Source: Eukaryota sp. TZLM1-RC (lineage: Eukaryota > Protista > Metamonada: BaSk clade). Taken from it: DNA of 64,000 nucleotides. The stretch's first letter is position 1, and each line of letters starts with the position of its first letter. The translations under genes were made by a program, and so were the position numbers. The stretch covers positions 2,108,001-2,172,000 of the forward strand of contig JAUPSS010000002.1 of assembly GCA_040285825.1 (NCBI GenBank). Direction: 5' to 3'. The notes below the pieces were generated by a model. That model worked only from the letters and a program-made list of their open reading frames with translations. It did no database searches and was not told the origin of the DNA. Shown here piece after piece: positions 59,701 through 64,000 of the stretch.

Positions 59701-62700
59701 GAGTTAAATCAAGCACTAATAACTCAAGATTACAATTATCATTGGTTAATTCAAATAGAGCAGAATCTTCAAGTAAAATTTCAGTGATTGAAGTATTAAT
59801 AGAGGCAAAAATCATCCAAAAACAAAACTAGAATCATCACTTAAAAACTAATTTACTACTGGACAAGGTGATAGAAGAACTTTCATTTAAGTAAATAAAA
59901 CCATTATTTGTAACAATTAAATCATTAATTTGATGAATAACCGATGAACCTCTACCATTAACCAAACCTCCGTCAATTTCAAAAGATGGAGATAACATCA
60001 ACATTGGCGGTTTCATCAAAAAAACAAGCAAACCATCGGTAATTTTTGATGGAAAGTGACTTGGTATCAGAATTATCAGTAAATTCAACAGTTCCATCAA
60101 TTAGTTTTTAGATTAGCATTTTCAATGGTGGAATCATCATGAAACTTTGCAAAACTGTTTGAATCTACAATTAAATCACCATCTAAATCAAAGGTTCCAG
60201 CCACTTTCAATTGGGAATTAGGAGTTTTCATTAAAATATCTGAGTTTCCATTAATTAAACCATCAGCTTCCACAATTAATTGATCATTAACATTTAGAAT
60301 AGAGTCAACAGTAAGGAAGCCATTTAAAAATTCTTGATGTGTGTTCAAGATTGAGAGAACCAGAATTCACAACAAACTCACCAGAATTATCAAATAAAGA
60401 ATTGATTGTTAAATCAAAACCACAATTCTTGGAAACTTGGCCATTATTGACAAAGATAGAATTATCATCATTAGTAGATACTTTAGCATTTGAATCAACA
60501 TCAATACTGAATACACCATTTGAATTGACTTCCAAAACGAGCATTATTTAAAAGGTTCAAATCATTAGTTAACCAATCAACACCACCAGATATTACAAGG
60601 AGATGGTTGTCAATTTCCCGAGATTTAGTGTTGAAAGATGAATTATCATCAAAAAAATACCAGAATTAGTGACAAAAAGTAGTGGAAACTTGAGAATCTG
60701 AAGAGAGCAAAACCACTAGTCCAATGATAGTTTTCAGCTTGAATATCGGTATTTCCTGTTCTTGTTCCATCATAATGATTGAAAGTGGTGATCTGAACTG
60801 TATTTGGACAGCTGACATTAAATACAGAATCTTGAGTTAAATCAAGCACTAATAACTCAAGATTACAATTATCATTGGTTAATTCAAATAGAGCAGAATC
60901 TTCAAGTAAAATTTCAGTGATTGAAGTATTAATAGAGGCAAAAATCTTCCAAAACAAAAACTAGAATCATCACTTAAAAACTAATTTACTACTGGACAAG
61001 GTGATAGAAGAACTTTCATTTAAGTGGAATAAAACCATTATTTGTAACAATTAAATCATTAATTTGATGAATAACCGATGAACCTCTACCATTAACCAAA
61101 CCTCCGTCAATTTCAAAAATGGAGATAACATCAACATTGGCGGTTTCATCAAAAACAAGCAAACCATCGGTAATTTTGATGGAAAGTGACTTGGTATCAG
61201 AATTATCAGTAAATTCAACACTTCCATCAATTAGTTTTAGATTAGCATTTTCAATGGTGGAATCATCATGAAACTTTGCAAAACTGTTTGAATCTACAAT
61301 TAAATCACCATCTAAATCAAAGGTTCCAGCTACTTTCAATTGGGAATTAGGAGTTTTCATTAAAATATCTGAGTTTCCATTAATTAAACCATCAGCTTCC
61401 ACAATTAATTGATCATTAACATTTAGAATAGAGTCAACAGTAAGGAAGCCATTTAAAATTCTTGATGTGTGTTCAAGATTGAGAGAACCAGAATTCACAA
61501 CAAACTCACCAGAATTATCAAATAAACAGTTGATTGTTAAATCAAAACCACAATTCTTGAAAACTTGGCCATTATTGACAAAGATAGAATTATCATCATT
61601 AGTAGATACTTTAGCATTTGAATCAACATCAATACTGAAAACACCATTTGAATTAACTTCCAAACGAGCATTATTTAAAAGGTTCAAATCATTAGTTAAC
61701 CAATCAACACCACCAGATATTACAAGGAGATGGTTGTCAATTTCCCGAGATTTAGTGTTGAAAGATGAATTATCATCAAAAATACCAGAATTAGTGACAA
61801 AAGTAGTGGAAACTTGAGAATCTGAAGAGAGCAAACCACTAGTCCAATGATAGTTTTCAGCTTGAATATCGGTATTTCCTGTTCTTGTTCCATCATAATG
61901 ATTGAAAGTGGTGATCTGAACTGTATTTGGACAGCTGACATTAAATACAGAATCTTGAGTTAAATCAAGCACTAATAACTCAAGATTACAATTATCATTG
62001 GTTAATTCAAATAGAGCAGAATCTTCAAGTAAAATTTCAGTGATTGAAGTATTAATAGAGGCAAAATCTTCCAAAACAAAACTAGAATCATCACTTAAAA
62101 CTAATTTACTACTGGACAAGGTGATAGAAGAACTTTCATTTAAGTGAATAAAACCATTATTTGTAACAATTAAATCATTAATTTGATGAATAACCGATGA
62201 ACCTCTACCATTAACCAAACCTCCGTCAATTTCAAAAAAATGGAGATAACATCAACATTGGCGGTTTCATCAAAAACAAGCAAAACCATCGGTAATTTTG
62301 ATGGAAAGTGACTTGGTATCAGAATTATCAGTAAATTCAACACTTCCATCAATTAGTTTTTAGATTAGCATTTTCAATGGTGGAATCATCATGAAACTTT
62401 GCAAAACTGTTTGAATCTACAATTAAATCACCATCTAAATCAAAGGTTCCAGCTACTTTCAATTGGGAATTAGGAGTTTTCATTAAAATATCTGAGTTTC
62501 CATTAATTAAACCATCAGCTTCCACAATTAATTGATCATTAACATTTAGAATAGAGTCAACAGTAAGGAAGCCATTTAAAATTCTTGATGTGTGTTCAAG
62601 ATTGAGAGAACCAGAATTCACAACAAACTCACCAGAATTATCAAATAAACAGTTGATTGTTAAATCAAAACCACAATTCTTGGAAACTTGGCCATTATTG

Positions 62701-64000
62701 ACAAAGATAGAATTATCATCATTAGTAGATACTTTAGCATTTGAATCAACATCAATACTGAATACACCATTTGAATTAACTTCCAAACGAGCATTATTTA
62801 AAAGGTTCAAATCATTAGTTAACCAATCAACACCACCAGATATTATAAGGAGATGGTTGTCAATTTCCCGAGATTTAGTGTTGAAAGATGAATTATCATC
62901 AAAAATACCAGAATTAGTGACAAAAGTAGTGGAAACTTGAGAATCTGAAGAGAGCAAACCACTAGTCCAATGATAGTTTTCAGCTTGAATATCGGTATTT
63001 CCTGTTCTGGTTCCATCATAATGATTGAAAGTGGTGATCTGAACTGTATTTGGACAGCTGACATTAAATACAGAATCTTGAGTTAAATCAAGCACTAATA
63101 ACTCAAGATTACAATTATCATTGGTTAATTCAAATAGAGCAGAATCTTCAAGTAAAATTTCAGTGATTGAAGTATTAATAGAGGCAAAATCTTCCAAAAC
63201 AAAACTAGAATCATCACTTAAAACTAATTTACTACTGGACAAGGTGATAGAAGAACTTTCATTTAAGTGAATAAAACCATTATTTGTAACAATTAAATCA
63301 TTAATTTGATGAATAACCGATGAACCTCTACCATTAACCAAACCTCCGTCAATTTCAAAGATGGAGATAACATCAACACTGGCGGTTTCATCAAAAACAA
63401 GCAAACCATCGGTAATTTTGATAAAAAGTGACTTGGTATCAGAATTATCAGTAAATTCAACACTTCCATCAATTAGTTTTAGATTAGCATTTTCAATGAT
63501 GGAATCATCATGAAACTTTGCAAAACTGTTTGAATCTACAACTAAATCACCATCTAAATCAAAGGTTCCAGCCACTTTCAATTGGGAATTAGGAGTTTTC
63601 ATTAAAATATCTGAATTTCCATTAATTAAACCATCAGCTTCCAGAATAAATTCATCATTAATATTTAGAATAGAATTAACAGTAAGGAAGCCATTGAAAA
63701 TTCTTGATGTGTGTTGAAGATAAAGAGAACCAGAACTCACAACAAACTCACCAGAATTATCAAATAAACAGTTGATTGTTAAATCAAAACCACAATTCTT
63801 GGAAACTTGGCCATTATTGACAAAGATAGAATTATCATCATTAGTAGATACTTTAGCATTTGAATCAACATCAATACTGAATACACCATTTGAAATGACT
63901 TCCAAACGAGCATTATTTAAAAGGTTCAAATCATTAGTTAACCAATCAACACCACCAGATATTACAAGGAGATGGTTGTCAATTTCCCGAGATTTAGTGT
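50754..64000 (-). CDS. Giant single-pass surface protein: 373-aa tandem beta-rich repeats, PSI-like Cys domain, TM helix, Ser/Pro/Lys-rich tail; 5' end lies outside the window
   Basis: Open for 2797 aa, and the repeats continue to the window edge with frameshifts at lengthened homopolymers. CAEITSCERCVSHSNCGW; LYLGLFFAILLLSSLGVFWYRKR. Confidence 0.85.
54945..64000 (-). repeat. Coding tandem array, 1119-bp unit, about 8 near-identical copies
   Basis: Equivalent positions at 55852, 56971 and 58090 give a period of 1119; the array continues to 64000. Confidence 0.97.

Noticed and set aside
59100-62400. Programmed frameshifting or phase variation in the surface-protein repeats
   Set aside because: The breaks are +1/+2 expansions of homopolymers clustered in one stretch, typical of unpolished long-read consensus.
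54986-63064. Repeated 73-116 aa ORFs in alternate frames or on the opposite strand
   Set aside because: Shadow ORFs produced by the coding tandem repeat.

Overview
AT-rich eukaryotic genomic DNA from a flagellated protist (IFT46, BBS4-like sequence) with tiny 28-33 nt GT-AG introns. Host genes: RNA polymerase I largest subunit, a divergent acidic/RGG-tail protein, Elongin A-like protein, IFT46, an inositol 5-phosphatase with C2 domain, a PKA-type kinase, a small type II membrane protein, and a giant single-pass surface protein with 1119-bp tandem repeats. These lie among many mobile elements: two Gypsy LTR relics, a TRIM-like mini LTR element, many CRE-like RT-RLE non-LTR retrotransposons, a full-length hAT with TIRs and 8-bp TSD, and at least seven Fanzor (eukaryotic TnpB-like RNA-guided nuclease) loci from about four families. 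Main discovery: removing a doubly nested retrotransposon insertion (12-bp and 10-bp TSDs) restores one long, now decayed, minus-strand reading frame in which a Ulp1/SENP-type cysteine protease and a PolB-type DEDDy 3'-5' exonuclease are fused in frame to a complete Fanzor1. A second Fanzor family has a duplicated 360-bp 3' end with a 167-nt three-hairpin non-coding tail (candidate omegaRNA scaffold with a sharp scaffold/guide boundary). Four Fanzor 3' ends sit co-oriented about 40-80 nt upstream of host start codons. All family assignments come from motif recognition by eye, not database searches.
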